From Negativicutes bacterium (lineage in GTDB: Bacteria; Bacillota; Negativicutes; UBA1444), in NCBI GenBank assembly GCA_963665275.2, contig CAXXIN010000007.1:352001-416000 (forward strand): 64,000 bases of DNA, written 5' to 3'. Shown here piece by piece: positions 19,139-29,343 of this stretch. Made by a program: the position numbers and the translations under genes. The notes beneath the pieces are model-generated. The model had not been told where the DNA came from, did no database searches, and was given only the letters and a program-made list of their open reading frames with translations. How positions within the stretch are numbered: the first letter of the stretch is position 1; every line of letters starts with the position of its first letter.

Positions 19139-20551
19139 TTAAATATGCATTTTTTCGTGGTTGTTCATCGAATAACCACCTTTTTCAACATCATTCAGAT
19201 CCAATATTTTTTCTTTTATTTCAATAGGATTAAGTTTTTTCACAACCCCATAGGCTTCTTTTAACGAAAGGCTATCGCCTCTCCCAGTAATAACCCACAA
19301 GGTTTTGTATCCCTTCGGCATGGACAGAAGCTTATCTTCACCCTTGCCATCGGTAAAATATACTAATAAATCGATTTTTTTTGTGTTGGCGTATTCAATA
19401 ACCGGCGTAAATCGAGTACCGCCTCTAATATTGATTCGCTCTTGGATATCCTGTACGGATTTTGCTTGATACACACGTCGAATTTCACTATCACATTCTA
19501 TGATCGTGATTTCATGATTGCAATTTTTTACTACGCTGAATACCTCAATAATCGCCTGATTAAATTCTTCATCCGTAATGCTCCCACTGATATCCAATGC
19601 AACAAAAACTTTTGCTTTATAGCTCCTTAGTTGACCTCGCAACTCCAGTCGATCAGGTTGTCTTCTATTTCTTCTGGTGATCGTTTTCTTTTGATTACTT
19701 TCAACAGCTCCTACCAATCTCTTCAGATATAAATTCCATGGCAGTGCCGTCTTGTTTTTTTTCAGTGTGGCGATCATGCTTTCGATATAGTACGGAATAT
19801 TGCCTTTTTGCGAAGCCTCAATAAATTTATCATTAAACTCCCGCAGAGTTTGTTCCTCAATATCACTAGATTCTTCCCAAATATCATGGGTTGTTTCAGG
19901 GTTATACTCAGTTTCAATCTGTTCAACCTGATCGCCAGCATCCTCGGATTCATCTTTAACTACGTCCAGTAAGGCAATGGCGATTTGAATCTTCTCGACA
20001 TAATATTCAAAGGGTTCAAATGGCAACAGATGCAAACCATAATTGATATTGACCCATTCCAGGGTAGTAGCGTAGGGCGGCAAGTAATCCAAATAGGTAT
20101 TGACGACTACATCCATTGCCATCGTAACAGCTACTGGGTTATAGCCAACCTTGTACTCTTTGGCTCGAATTAAATGCATCGATAAGATGTGGAGTATTTC
20201 GTGCTTAATGGAACTTTCCATTTGCTTCATGGTGAGAGTTAAAAAAATTATGGGGTTAAAATAGATAACATAGCGGGATCCCTTAAAATTCACAGCCGTA
20301 GGGCTGCTTATATCAAATCGAATTTCTCGGGACATTTGAAACAAAAAATATCCATAGAAATTATCTTTGTCTTCCATCAGACTTAAACTAACGTTATCGA
20401 CAAGGCGAAAGAACGCTGCTGTAAATTCCTTTGGTATATCTACCGTAGGTTTTTCCTCGTTATAACTCCCTTTTAAACATGTACTTATAATTTTATAGGC
20501 ATCATCATATAGCCCTTTCACCTGGCTATCAAAATAGGTTTCTATTTCCAT
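19139..20551 (-). CDS. DUF2201-type metallopeptidase-vWA domain protein
   Basis: KHEILHI (HExxH); ALDISGS MIDAS motif; RGGTRFTP; YFTDG. Confidence 0.88.
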   Translation of the reverse strand: MEIETYFDSQVKGLYDDAYKIISTCLKGSYNEEKPTVDIPKEFTAAFFRLVDNVSLSLMEDKDNFYGYFLFQMSREIRFDISSPTAVNFKGSRYVIYFNPIIFLTLTMKQMESSIKHEILHILSMHLIRAKEYKVGYNPVAVTMAMDVVVNTYLDYLPPYATTLEWVNINYGLHLLPFEPFEYYVEKIQIAIALLDVVKDESEDAGDQVEQIETEYNPETTHDIWEESSDIEEQTLREFNDKFIEASQKGNIPYYIESMIATLKKNKTALPWNLYLKRLVGAVESNQKKTITRRNRRQPDRLELRGQLRSYKAKVFVALDISGSITDEEFNQAIIEVFSVVKNCNHEITIIECDSEIRRVYQAKSVQDIQERINIRGGTRFTPVIEYANTKKIDLLVYFTDGKGEDKLLSMPKGYKTLWVITGRGDSLSLKEAYGVVKKLNPIEIKEKILDLNDVEKGGYSMNNHEKMHI

Positions 20552-20557
20552 ACAGCA

Positions 20558-21679
20558 TCACCTGATCGAATGATAAGATTCAAAATAGGATTCTACAAAA
20601 GCTTCATTCTCTATGGCCTGTTTGTATACCTCAGGATAACTATTCTTTATATCCTTCATGATTCCGATTGTTAAATCCACAGGGTATATTTTCAAAAATG
20701 CAATCAATCTGTCAATATAATAATTTGGTTCACCATTTTCTATATTTGCTTCTAAGTTTTTTAGAATATTCTTGGCCGCTAAATAAAGTCTGGTATGACT
20801 TTCATTTTTCACTTTCCCGATGACCGATTCAGGAAGAGAGCTCCCTGAAAAAACATCTTCATACGATATCAGGGCACTATAATCGGATTCAATGAAGCTG
20901 ACAAACTCTTCAGCAATAAGTTTTCCAACGTTTCCTCTGATAACATTTAAAAATATGGAGCGAGGTACTGAATCTTTTTTCTGCTTATAGATTTTATAAA
21001 TGCTGGAGATTCTTTCATAGCTTCTTGGCGTCGCTCTGATATCTTCTTCATTTATTTTGAATAAATACTCTGGAAAGGTCGAAATAAACTCGATGACTTT
21101 TGGCTCAAGCCCTTCCTCTATTGCCCAATCCAGCCACTGAATATAATCAGGTTCCATGTACAGCCACACAAACCTATTTTCTTGCGCTACATCCATATCT
21201 ACAACTTGATAATCAAATTCCGAGCCATATTTGCTGGAAGGGTTCATCGCTGCAATTATTTTCACCCCTACAGATAACGTGTACCCATTAATTTCTCTAT
21301 TTAATATTAAATTCATTAGTTCCTGTTGTACTGTATGTTCACAACGATTGATCTCGTCGATAAATAAAAGAACTGTGTTCCCTTTCGATATTTCTTCATC
21401 GATTTCTCGTAGTTTATTATGAACAGCGTAGACCGTAGCCTTCTTTTCAACTTTATCGCCTTTATGGTTGACCCTGGTATACGGCTCTATCGTTGGAAGC
21501 CCGCCTATTTCGCCTTCCTTCAGGAGGTTGCCGTCAATCACAACCAAACTCCACTTATTCTCATCAGCGATTTTTTCGGCCAATGCGGTTTTGCCGATTC
21601 CAGTTTCCCCGACGATCAAAGGCACTTCGCCAGTCGCCAGTACTAACTCAACACTTTTCAATGTTTCTAAAAAATTCAT
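20558..21679 (-). CDS. MoxR-like AAA+ ATPase
   Basis: Walker A GETGIGKT; Walker B LLFIDEINR; AAMNP; AQENRF; TPRSYE. Confidence 0.9.
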   Translation of the reverse strand: MNFLETLKSVELVLATGEVPLIVGETGIGKTALAEKIADENKWSLVVIDGNLLKEGEIGGLPTIEPYTRVNHKGDKVEKKATVYAVHNKLREIDEEISKGNTVLLFIDEINRCEHTVQQELMNLILNREINGYTLSVGVKIIAAMNPSSKYGSEFDYQVVDMDVAQENRFVWLYMEPDYIQWLDWAIEEGLEPKVIEFISTFPEYLFKINEEDIRATPRSYERISSIYKIYKQKKDSVPRSIFLNVIRGNVGKLIAEEFVSFIESDYSALISYEDVFSGSSLPESVIGKVKNESHTRLYLAAKNILKNLEANIENGEPNYYIDRLIAFLKIYPVDLTIGIMKDIKNSYPEVYKQAIENEAFVESYFESYHSIR

Positions 21680-21691
21680 TCTCTCTCCTAC

Positions 21692-22501
21692 CTATTTCAT
21701 CTTCAGTTTTTCGTCAACGGCTGTTCTTTTGGCTTTTTTACTACCGTATTGATAAATAAACAGGATCTTGTCCCTTGGCATAATTTCGCCATTTTTATCA
21801 ATAGTACTGAAATTCAAATAATCTCTGACATATTTTTCTTCCACGTCTTCCCTGGCCAATACTTCCTTTAACACTTGTTCCAATTCGCCCTGCGTTATTT
21901 CAATTTCTTTCATAACATACTTAATCGTTAGAATATTTACTTTCAAAAATTCCAGCACTTTGTTTTTATCCAAGTCATTGATCAGTCGAATGGCCTGTTC
22001 GTTATTCCGGATCGCGATCAGCTCCGCCTTATGTGTAGGTGAACTTATATAACGTAATGCATCATAACTTGTTTTGACAGCCTCTTCTTGTACGCTTTCG
22101 CAGGGCTTTTTTATATACTTTATCGCATCGTAATTTTTTCTTACCGCTAATAACTGCAATTCCTCACTGGGATTATTGGCATATTTAATGGCTGCGCCAG
22201 CTTGGCTAAGAGCTAATTTGATTAGTTCGTCCGTGGGCTTCTTAATATACTCTAAGTTAATCCACCCATCATTTACCACTTGTACCAGCATAGCATCCGT
22301 AGGGTCAGTTATAAATTGAATCGCCCTGGCATTATTGTCCAAAGCGGCTTTTTGCATCTCTCTGGTTGGAGAATCAATATATTGTAACGCAAGTCCATTT
22401 TTTTGAACCGCCAATAGCTTCAGCTCATTTGATGGGTTATTTACATGCACTATCGCCTTGGGATTAATCTTTATTATTTCAATCAGTTTTGATTCGTCCA
22501 T
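21692..22501 (-). CDS. 22-aa tandem repeat protein (DUF4116-like)
   Basis: About 7-8 repeats of A(I/L)xYIxxP(S/T)xExxxxA(V/L)xxN. Confidence 0.75.
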   Translation of the reverse strand: MDESKLIEIIKINPKAIVHVNNPSNELKLLAVQKNGLALQYIDSPTREMQKAALDNNARAIQFITDPTDAMLVQVVNDGWINLEYIKKPTDELIKLALSQAGAAIKYANNPSEELQLLAVRKNYDAIKYIKKPCESVQEEAVKTSYDALRYISSPTHKAELIAIRNNEQAIRLINDLDKNKVLEFLKVNILTIKYVMKEIEITQGELEQVLKEVLAREDVEEKYVRDYLNFSTIDKNGEIMPRDKILFIYQYGSKKAKRTAVDEKLKMK

Positions 22502-22702
22502 AATGACACTATCCTTCAGCTAATGTTTTGGGGGCAATCTAAACAAAATAATTATACCACTGTATCGCCAAACCAAGAATGCGCCGCTCTGTATTATGGC
22601 CATTTTAAATTCCCATTAATAATCAAGTTCGACAGGAATTTAGTTAATTGTTCCCTAATTAGTATATATTAAGAACATTGATTGAAGGGAGAAATAATCA
22701 GG

Positions 22703-24124
22703 ATGAAAATAGCAAAATTACTTAGCACAACTCTATCGATCCTCCTGTCGTTAACTTTCATCAGTACAACCCTCCCAGCGCAGGCTGCGCCAGACATTAC
22801 CACAGAAGAAGCGCGCGCCATTGCCAAAGAAGCGTATATTTACGGGTTCCCGCTAGTTGACAGCTATCGCGTCATGCATGCATATTTCATTGACTCCACC
22901 GGACCCGACTACAAGGGGCCGCTCAATACGCTTGCGAGTTTCGGCCGCGTCTTCACACCGGAAGATACGACCGTACAGACACCCAACTCTGATACTCCCT
23001 ACTCTTTCGTCGGCATGGATCTGCGCGCCGAACCCATTGTTCTTACGGTCCCGCAAATTGAGAAAGCCCGCTACTTTTCCATCCAGCTAATTGACGCGTA
23101 TACCTTCAATTTTGACTATATCGGTAGTCGCACCACCGGAAACGATGGCGGCAGTTACCTCATTGCCGGGCCGAACTGGAAGGGCGAAATTCCGCAGGGA
23201 ATCAAGAAGGTAATCCGCGCGGAGACTGAATTGATTATCGCCATGTACCGTACGCAACTTTTCAATCCATCAGACCTTGATAACGTCAAAAAGATTCAGG
23301 CCTCTTACAAGGCGCAACCCTTATCCTCATTTCTCAGCCAATCCGCGCCTCAAGCCGCGCCACCGATCAAATTTGTCAATCCGTTGACACCGAAAACGCA
23401 AACAACTTCATTAGACTTTTTTAACGTACTGAATTTCGTGCTTGGGTTCTGTCCCACTCCACCTTCTGAGCGAGAACTTATGACTCGTTTTTCCAAAATC
23501 AACGTTGGCTCTGGGCTTGTGTTCGACCCTGATTCGCTTTCACCTGAGTTGCGAAAAGCGGTCCAGGCCGGCATGGCGGAGGCGATCGCTGAACTAAATG
23601 TTTTCATGAATGACCAAATGACGACAGGAAGGGTTACCAGTGGTGACCTGTTCGGCACCAGAGATTATCTAAAAAACAACTACCTTTACCGATATGCGGC
23701 TGCCAAGTTTGGAATCTACGGCAACTCAAAGCAAGAAGCATTGTATCCGTTCTATCGCAAAGATTCCGAAGGACAGCTGTTTGATGCTTCAAAGAACAAT
23801 TACATTATGCATCTTGCCCCCGGTCAGTTCCCACCAGTCCATGCATTCTGGTCGTTGACGATGTATGAAGTCCCGTCCAGCCTGCTTTCGGCCAACGCAT
23901 TGAATCGATATCTGATCAATTCGCCGATGCTGCCTTCCCTGCTACTCGACGCTGACGGAGGAATCACCCTTTACATTCAACAGGAATCTCCCGGCAAAGA
24001 GAAAGAAGCGAATTGGCTTCCAGCTCCGAATGGACCGTTCTGGTGTGCAATGCGCCTCTATTGGCCAAAGCAGGAAGCGCTGAACGGCAGTTGGACGCCA
24101 CCTGTTATCAGAAAGGCTCAATAG
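22703..24124 (+). CDS. DUF1254/DUF1214 domain secreted protein
   Basis: Signal peptide; IAKEAYIYGFPLV; TPNSDTPYS; YLIAGPNWKG; AFWSLTMY; NWLPAP..F..MRLYWP. Confidence 0.92.
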   Translation: MKIAKLLSTTLSILLSLTFISTTLPAQAAPDITTEEARAIAKEAYIYGFPLVDSYRVMHAYFIDSTGPDYKGPLNTLASFGRVFTPEDTTVQTPNSDTPYSFVGMDLRAEPIVLTVPQIEKARYFSIQLIDAYTFNFDYIGSRTTGNDGGSYLIAGPNWKGEIPQGIKKVIRAETELIIAMYRTQLFNPSDLDNVKKIQASYKAQPLSSFLSQSAPQAAPPIKFVNPLTPKTQTTSLDFFNVLNFVLGFCPTPPSERELMTRFSKINVGSGLVFDPDSLSPELRKAVQAGMAEAIAELNVFMNDQMTTGRVTSGDLFGTRDYLKNNYLYRYAAAKFGIYGNSKQEALYPFYRKDSEGQLFDASKNNYIMHLAPGQFPPVHAFWSLTMYEVPSSLLSANALNRYLINSPMLPSLLLDADGGITLYIQQESPGKEKEANWLPAPNGPFWCAMRLYWPKQEALNGSWTPPVIRKAQ

Positions 24125-24140
24125 TCCTAGGGTCGAAAGG

Positions 24141-25232
24141 ATGGGAAACACAATGTGGAATTTTTCCAGATGGAACAAGACCCTGCTAATCGCAACCATA
24201 GTGATGCTGTTCAGTTGTGGAGGATCTGTTGGCGAATCGGCGCAAGAAGCGGTCTATCACATCGTGGTCCTATCCGATGCGCACATGCCTGTTATCCCCC
24301 GCGATAAACCGACAGAAACCCCGACTGGCAAGGCGGCCCAGAGCATCGAAAATGCGAAGATCGAGGCGGCCAAGCATCATATCATCGCCACCATCAACGG
24401 CTGGAACGACGTAACTCGGTTCGTCGCGTTAGGCGATATGGTCGGCTCATACGGAAGCGACGCCGAATATGCGGCCTCTACCTCTTTTTTTGGCAAGCTA
24501 AACAAACCGGTTTCTTATATCGTGGGCAACCACGACTACATATACGTGGGTCGGCGGCCTAAACCGCCGACTGCAACGAATCCTGACCCAAATCAATTCG
24601 AATTCATTCGGGGCATTCCGCAGCAACGAAAGGAAAATCTGGACCGATTCCGGCAAGAATATAAGCAGTCGGAATTGTATTATACGCTGGAGTACGGGCA
24701 ATATTTGCTGGTGTTCTTGTCCACGGACAGTCTGGATTCCAAGAGGCTTTGTGAATACTCTCAAGAACAGATGTCCTGGCTCCAGGATGTACTGAGCGCG
24801 AATCCCAATCGACCAACGATCATTTTCGCCCATGCGCCTCTTTTTGGTACTTTGGAAGACTATAATTCACTTGTCAATGAGCCTTCGTTCATTGCCCTAC
24901 CGGAAATAGTCCCGGATGCACTACGAAATGGCCACAAAATTGAAGAACCCAAGCCAGGAGCGATAGAATTCAGATCTCTGCTGAAAAACAACCCCCAGGT
25001 GTTCATGTGGATTTCTGGCCATACGCATACCGCCGCGACCAACAAGAGTTTCGCCTCCGGGGTCAACCTCTATGACGGACGAGTCCACGACGTTCAGAAT
25101 CCGACGCTGAACGGGGAAGTTATCTGGACGAATTCGATCTATCTCCATCCAGATAAAGTCGTAGTCAGGACCTACCGGCATAGCGACAATCAATGGTTGA
25201 CCGAGTTTGACCGGGAATTCCCGGTCGAATAG
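24141..25232 (+). CDS. Secreted calcineurin-like metallophosphoesterase
   Basis: N-terminal signal; SDAH, LGDM, VGNHD, FAHAP and SGHTH motifs. Confidence 0.85.
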   Translation: MGNTMWNFSRWNKTLLIATIVMLFSCGGSVGESAQEAVYHIVVLSDAHMPVIPRDKPTETPTGKAAQSIENAKIEAAKHHIIATINGWNDVTRFVALGDMVGSYGSDAEYAASTSFFGKLNKPVSYIVGNHDYIYVGRRPKPPTATNPDPNQFEFIRGIPQQRKENLDRFRQEYKQSELYYTLEYGQYLLVFLSTDSLDSKRLCEYSQEQMSWLQDVLSANPNRPTIIFAHAPLFGTLEDYNSLVNEPSFIALPEIVPDALRNGHKIEEPKPGAIEFRSLLKNNPQVFMWISGHTHTAATNKSFASGVNLYDGRVHDVQNPTLNGEVIWTNSIYLHPDKVVVRTYRHSDNQWLTEFDREFPVE

Positions 25233-25270
25233 CTGTCACAGTCGGAAGGTGCACTGGGGATTCTTTTCAA

Positions 25271-25360
25271 TTGACAGTGAACCGATCCGGCTGGTATAAT
25301 TCGCAGTAACTGTATAAGGTTGGTTTTTGGAGGAGTCTGTCACACAGGCTTCTCTTTTTC
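25271..25360 (+). promoter_or_regulatory. SigA promoter and short terminator-containing leader (candidate Na+-riboswitch-like attenuator)
   Basis: TTGACA-18-TATAAT, then AAGGTTG and hairpin GAGGAGTCTGT-CAC-ACAGGCTTCTC-TTTTT before the antiporter gene. Confidence 0.5.
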
Positions 25361-25406
25361 TTTTTGCCTTTTTCCAATCTAATATTTTGCGGGAGGTTTG
25401 AATTGA

Positions 25407-26798
25407 GTGTTAGGTAATCTTCTTCCAATCTGGAGCGTTATTCCGTTCGTAGGAATCTTATTGTCAATCGCGCTTTGTCCACTGATCAATGCCCACTGGT
25501 GGGAACGCAACATGAGTAAGGTTAGCCTGTTTTGGGCCGCCGCGTTCATCGTTCCATTTTCCCTGGCTTTTGGCCTAAAGGATGGCATGTATCAACTATT
25601 GCACATCTATGTAGTGGATTATATCCCCTTCATCATCCTGTTGTTTTCCCTATTTGTTATTGCTGGCGGCATATTGGTCAGAGGGACTTTGTTGGGCACG
25701 CCGCTTTTCAATATGTTGCTGCTGGCTGTTGGCGCAGTTCTGGCTAACATTGTCGGTACTACCGGAGCCTCCATTGTCCTGATTCGACCGTTAATTCGCG
25801 CGCTTGAATGTCGTCGGGCCAAGGTCCACACGATTGTGTTTTTTATTTTTATCGTCAGCAACATCGCCGGGTCGTTGACCCCGGTTGGCGATCCCCCTTT
25901 GTTTTTGGGATATTTGCATGGAGTCCCTTTTTTCTGGACTCTGAAGTTGTTGCCAATTTTTCTATTAAACGTTACGCTGCTTCTGGGAACATACTACTGG
26001 CTTGACCTCCGCCAATATAAAAAAGAAATGCTGGATCCGGACAGCGCAATCGCCAAGCTGGAGAACAATAAAAGTGTTTGCGACAAGGAACCAATTCGAA
26101 TCAGCGGACTCACGAATCTGCTTTTTCTTGGCCGGGTCATCTTTGCCGTTGTTTTCGGCGGCGAAATCGCGAAGCATCCTATGTTCTATGATGCGACACA
26201 CAATGTTTTGCGGGGAATTCCACTCATTTCATCACATGGCCATACCCTGGTTTGGCCGTACCGCAATATGATCTGGGATACTTTCATCTTAGGCATGGCC
26301 CTGCTCTCTCTCAAGATGACCCCCAGGAGTCTGCGCGCCGCCAATTCATTTTCCTGGGCTCCAATCAAAGAAGTGGCGGTTCTATTCGCGGGAATCTTTA
26401 GCACGATTATACCGGCGCTCGCCATCTTGAGCGCCAAAGGAGCGCAACTGGGCGTGACCGAGCCCTGGCAGTTTTTCTGGGCCGCAGGCTTGCTTTCCAG
26501 CTTCCTGGACAATGCGCCCACCTACCTGACGTTTCTGGCGTTGGGTGGACAAATGAACGCGACAGTTGGAATTGCTACCGACATGGGAATGCTAAGCGAG
26601 CGTGTACTGTGGGCGATTTCCTGTGGCTCGGTTTTCATGGGCGCCAATACATATATCGGGAATGCACCTAATTTTATGGTCCGTTCCATCGCGGAAGAAG
26701 CGGGTATTCGCATGCCGAGTTTCTTCGGCTACATGGGCTGGTCGATCGCGGTATTGATTCCGCTCTTCCTTTTGAACACGGCGCTTTTTTTCCGTTAG
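25407..26798 (+). CDS. Putative sodium:proton antiporter (CitMHS_2/IT superfamily)
   Basis: Polytopic; GTTGAS; SNIAGSLTPVGDPPLFLG; SSFLDNAPTYLTF; GANTYIGNAPNFMV. Confidence 0.85.
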   Translation: MLGNLLPIWSVIPFVGILLSIALCPLINAHWWERNMSKVSLFWAAAFIVPFSLAFGLKDGMYQLLHIYVVDYIPFIILLFSLFVIAGGILVRGTLLGTPLFNMLLLAVGAVLANIVGTTGASIVLIRPLIRALECRRAKVHTIVFFIFIVSNIAGSLTPVGDPPLFLGYLHGVPFFWTLKLLPIFLLNVTLLLGTYYWLDLRQYKKEMLDPDSAIAKLENNKSVCDKEPIRISGLTNLLFLGRVIFAVVFGGEIAKHPMFYDATHNVLRGIPLISSHGHTLVWPYRNMIWDTFILGMALLSLKMTPRSLRAANSFSWAPIKEVAVLFAGIFSTIIPALAILSAKGAQLGVTEPWQFFWAAGLLSSFLDNAPTYLTFLALGGQMNATVGIATDMGMLSERVLWAISCGSVFMGANTYIGNAPNFMVRSIAEEAGIRMPSFFGYMGWSIAVLIPLFLLNTALFFR

Positions 26799-26943
26799 AG
26801 AGAGCTTTTTGGCGGTGTTCACCTTTCTTTTCCCGGTTTTGGATACGTAAAAGCTAATGATGGACCAAGGATACCTCTATTGATGATTCAGCACTAAAAT
26901 AAACCAATAATTTCTCACCCTCAGCCATGCAAATCCACTTATG

Positions 26944-26974
26944 ACAAAAACCCGCGAAATTCGCGGGTTTTTGT
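26944..26974. terminator. Bidirectional terminator hairpin (same 17-bp core as 6742-6758)
   Basis: ACAAAAACCCGCGAA-A-TTCGCGGGTTTTTGT between convergent genes. Confidence 0.8.
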
Positions 26975-26997
26975 TCTAAACAAGGGAATGTATCCTA

Positions 26998-27638
26998 TTA
27001 ATAGGTAAACAAGCTTACTATTTTCAAATCCTCGGGAGGACTTTCCTGCCCCGTGTTGACTTTCTGCCAATTTGGGCTGGCTTGGGTGCTCAATTTACAG
27101 GTCACGCGATCCTCCGCCAAAAATCCGATTACGCCCTCAACAGTGACTTTCGCCTGTGGATAAGCGCTGCGAATTTCGGCCCAGGTCGAGCCGACGTGCA
27201 GGCCTTTGACAGTTTTGAATTCCGGGGAATAGGCGGCAATTTGATAAATTTTTCCCTCGTTGTCCAACGTGATTTTTATTGACAGCTGCTTAGCATTGGA
27301 TTTGTCAAAATACGCATTGATCACTTGAGCCGTAGTTCCTTCACCGGCCGGTTCTTTTCCTTCGCTGAATTTGCCGCCATAGGCTCCGGTGATGAGCGTT
27401 TTGGCCTCTTCAACCGTTAGCTTATTATGAAATAAGCCGTTTTTCCATTGCCAATAAGGTACATCTCTGAATTGGTTGCGGCGGTTTTCGCCTGGAGCGT
27501 CTGTGCCTGCTGCGAATCCGGCGCTTTCACCGGTGCTTTTGTATCGCCGCTGATTGGCTTTTCTGCGGCGTTACAACCGCCTGCCATCGTCATTAGGAAC
27601 ATTCCCAGAATCAGTATGCAGAGTCCTCTTTTGTTCAT
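26998..27638 (-). CDS. Hypothetical lipoprotein split by one frameshift near 27440
   Basis: Lipobox AGGC; frame continues as GLFHNKLTVEEAK...VINAYFDK...KGLHVGSTWAEIRSAYP. Confidence 0.65.
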
Positions 27639-27889
27639 AGTTGCCCTCTTTTCTTATCTCGTCGTTGTTTAGCGGCCCTTGGGTCATTTTGGGATCAATA
27701 GTGGAGGCAGCTCTCTTTTACCCATGAATTTTATTTGTGACCTGAATTCAGTATATGACAGAGCTATGAAATGAGATACTATCCGAAAGTATACTTTTAA
27801 AATCCACTTCATTTTTAATCTATTGAATGAATGGAGGAGTGTTTTCCTTCCAAGAGAAACTGTGCTGAATCGAGTGAACATCGCTCATT

Positions 27890-29145
27890 TCATGCCACTC
27901 GTAACTGCTTCCGATGCTTATAAATAAATGCAAGGATAACTACAGCAGGAAAAAGCATAAACCATCCTGCAAAGAAAAGAACGAATCCAGATAATCCTGC
28001 GCTCAATCCGGCAGCCACCTTCCCCACCTTGCTGGTTAAAATGCGGGCCGCCGAAACCATGCCGATGATATAGACCACCAAGAATGTCGTACTGGGAATT
28101 CCGATCAGAGGTTTCAAGTTCCAGGAAAAGCAATAGCTCAGCGCCCAAAATGCCCAGGAACAACGGGATGAAAGACAAAAGTGCAATATGGGGTGTTTGA
28201 AAACGAGGATGAAGTCGTCCAAACACTTCCGGAAAGTGACCCTCGCGAGACTGAGAATATACCAGCCGCGAGAATCCGGCGATAAAAGTGTGAATCGGAC
28301 AGTAGCAGACGATATACCCCAAAACTCCGACGAATAAACCTGCTAACTCCCCCCAGCGAAAGGAAACCAACGTGATCATCGCTGTAACCGGATTGCCGGT
28401 CTTGTAGATCTCAGTACCGACAGTTACGAGCGCCACCGCAAAATACAGAAGATTTACAAACAGAAACGCCAGCCCCAAGCTCAACGGCAAATCACGCCTT
28501 GGGTCTTTGAACTCTTCAGCGAGGTGCCCGATCATTTCCCACCCCATGAAGGCAAAGAACAAAAGGGCCATTGCTTGTCCCACAGAGAACCAGCCCTGGG
28601 TGAATAGCGGTACGAACGCTGACGTTCTCATTGAGGGCGCAGATGAGATAACGGTGAACCCAAGAATAAAAAGAATCGTTGATACCACCAACACTTGACT
28701 TCGCCCAGACAATTCGATTCCCCGATAGTTGAGAAGAATAGCCAAAAGTAAAAGTCCTGCCGCCGCAGCATGGATTTCGCCTGAGGATCCTGTTAACAGA
28801 CTGCCCAAATAATGTGCGCCGACCAATGCCGTCAAAGGCATTCCCAAAGGCATGGCGCTCAAATCAATAGACCGGTGAGATTTCCTGCGAGTGGACCAAA
28901 TGCACGGTTAGCGTATGCAGCCATTCCTCCGGCGTCTGGATACCGTGACGACATCAGGCCGATTGTAATCACCATCGGTAGCGAAAACAACCCCATCAGC
29001 AACCAACTCAATAGTGATGCAGGACCTGCCATCTCGGCCGCAATTGCCGGTAGAACAAGAATACCGCGCCAAGTACTGCTCCTATTGTCAGCGCCGTACC
29101 CTGAATCCAGGTTATGCTTTTTTTTAATCCTCCTTGCGTCATCAT
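27890..29145 (-). CDS. APC-family amino acid permease (YjeH-like), frameshifted
   Basis: Reconstructed MTQGGLKKSITWIQGTALTIGAVLG-GILVLPAIAAEMAGPAS...FFAFMGWE..EEFKDPRRDLP across about 3 frameshifts. Confidence 0.8.
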
Positions 29146-29343
29146 TCACTCTACTTTCAGCACATTTTGTTTAACTTTTCATTATTGTGGCATTATCGTA
29201 TCATGAAAGCACCACGAAGGATACTTCAGCAGTTCGCTCTATGTTTCTTTGATTTAGCAGGAACAATCTCTTTGTTTTGCGAAACTAAGGTATTGAAAGA
29301 ATAAATTTCAACAAACCAGAGATCAAGAGAGGAGCGATTAATA

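Noticed and set aside
26850-26875. GCTAATGA resembling the 3' part of a fluoride riboswitch
   Set aside because: No GGCGATGG 5' segment, and it lies 3' of genes rather than in a leader
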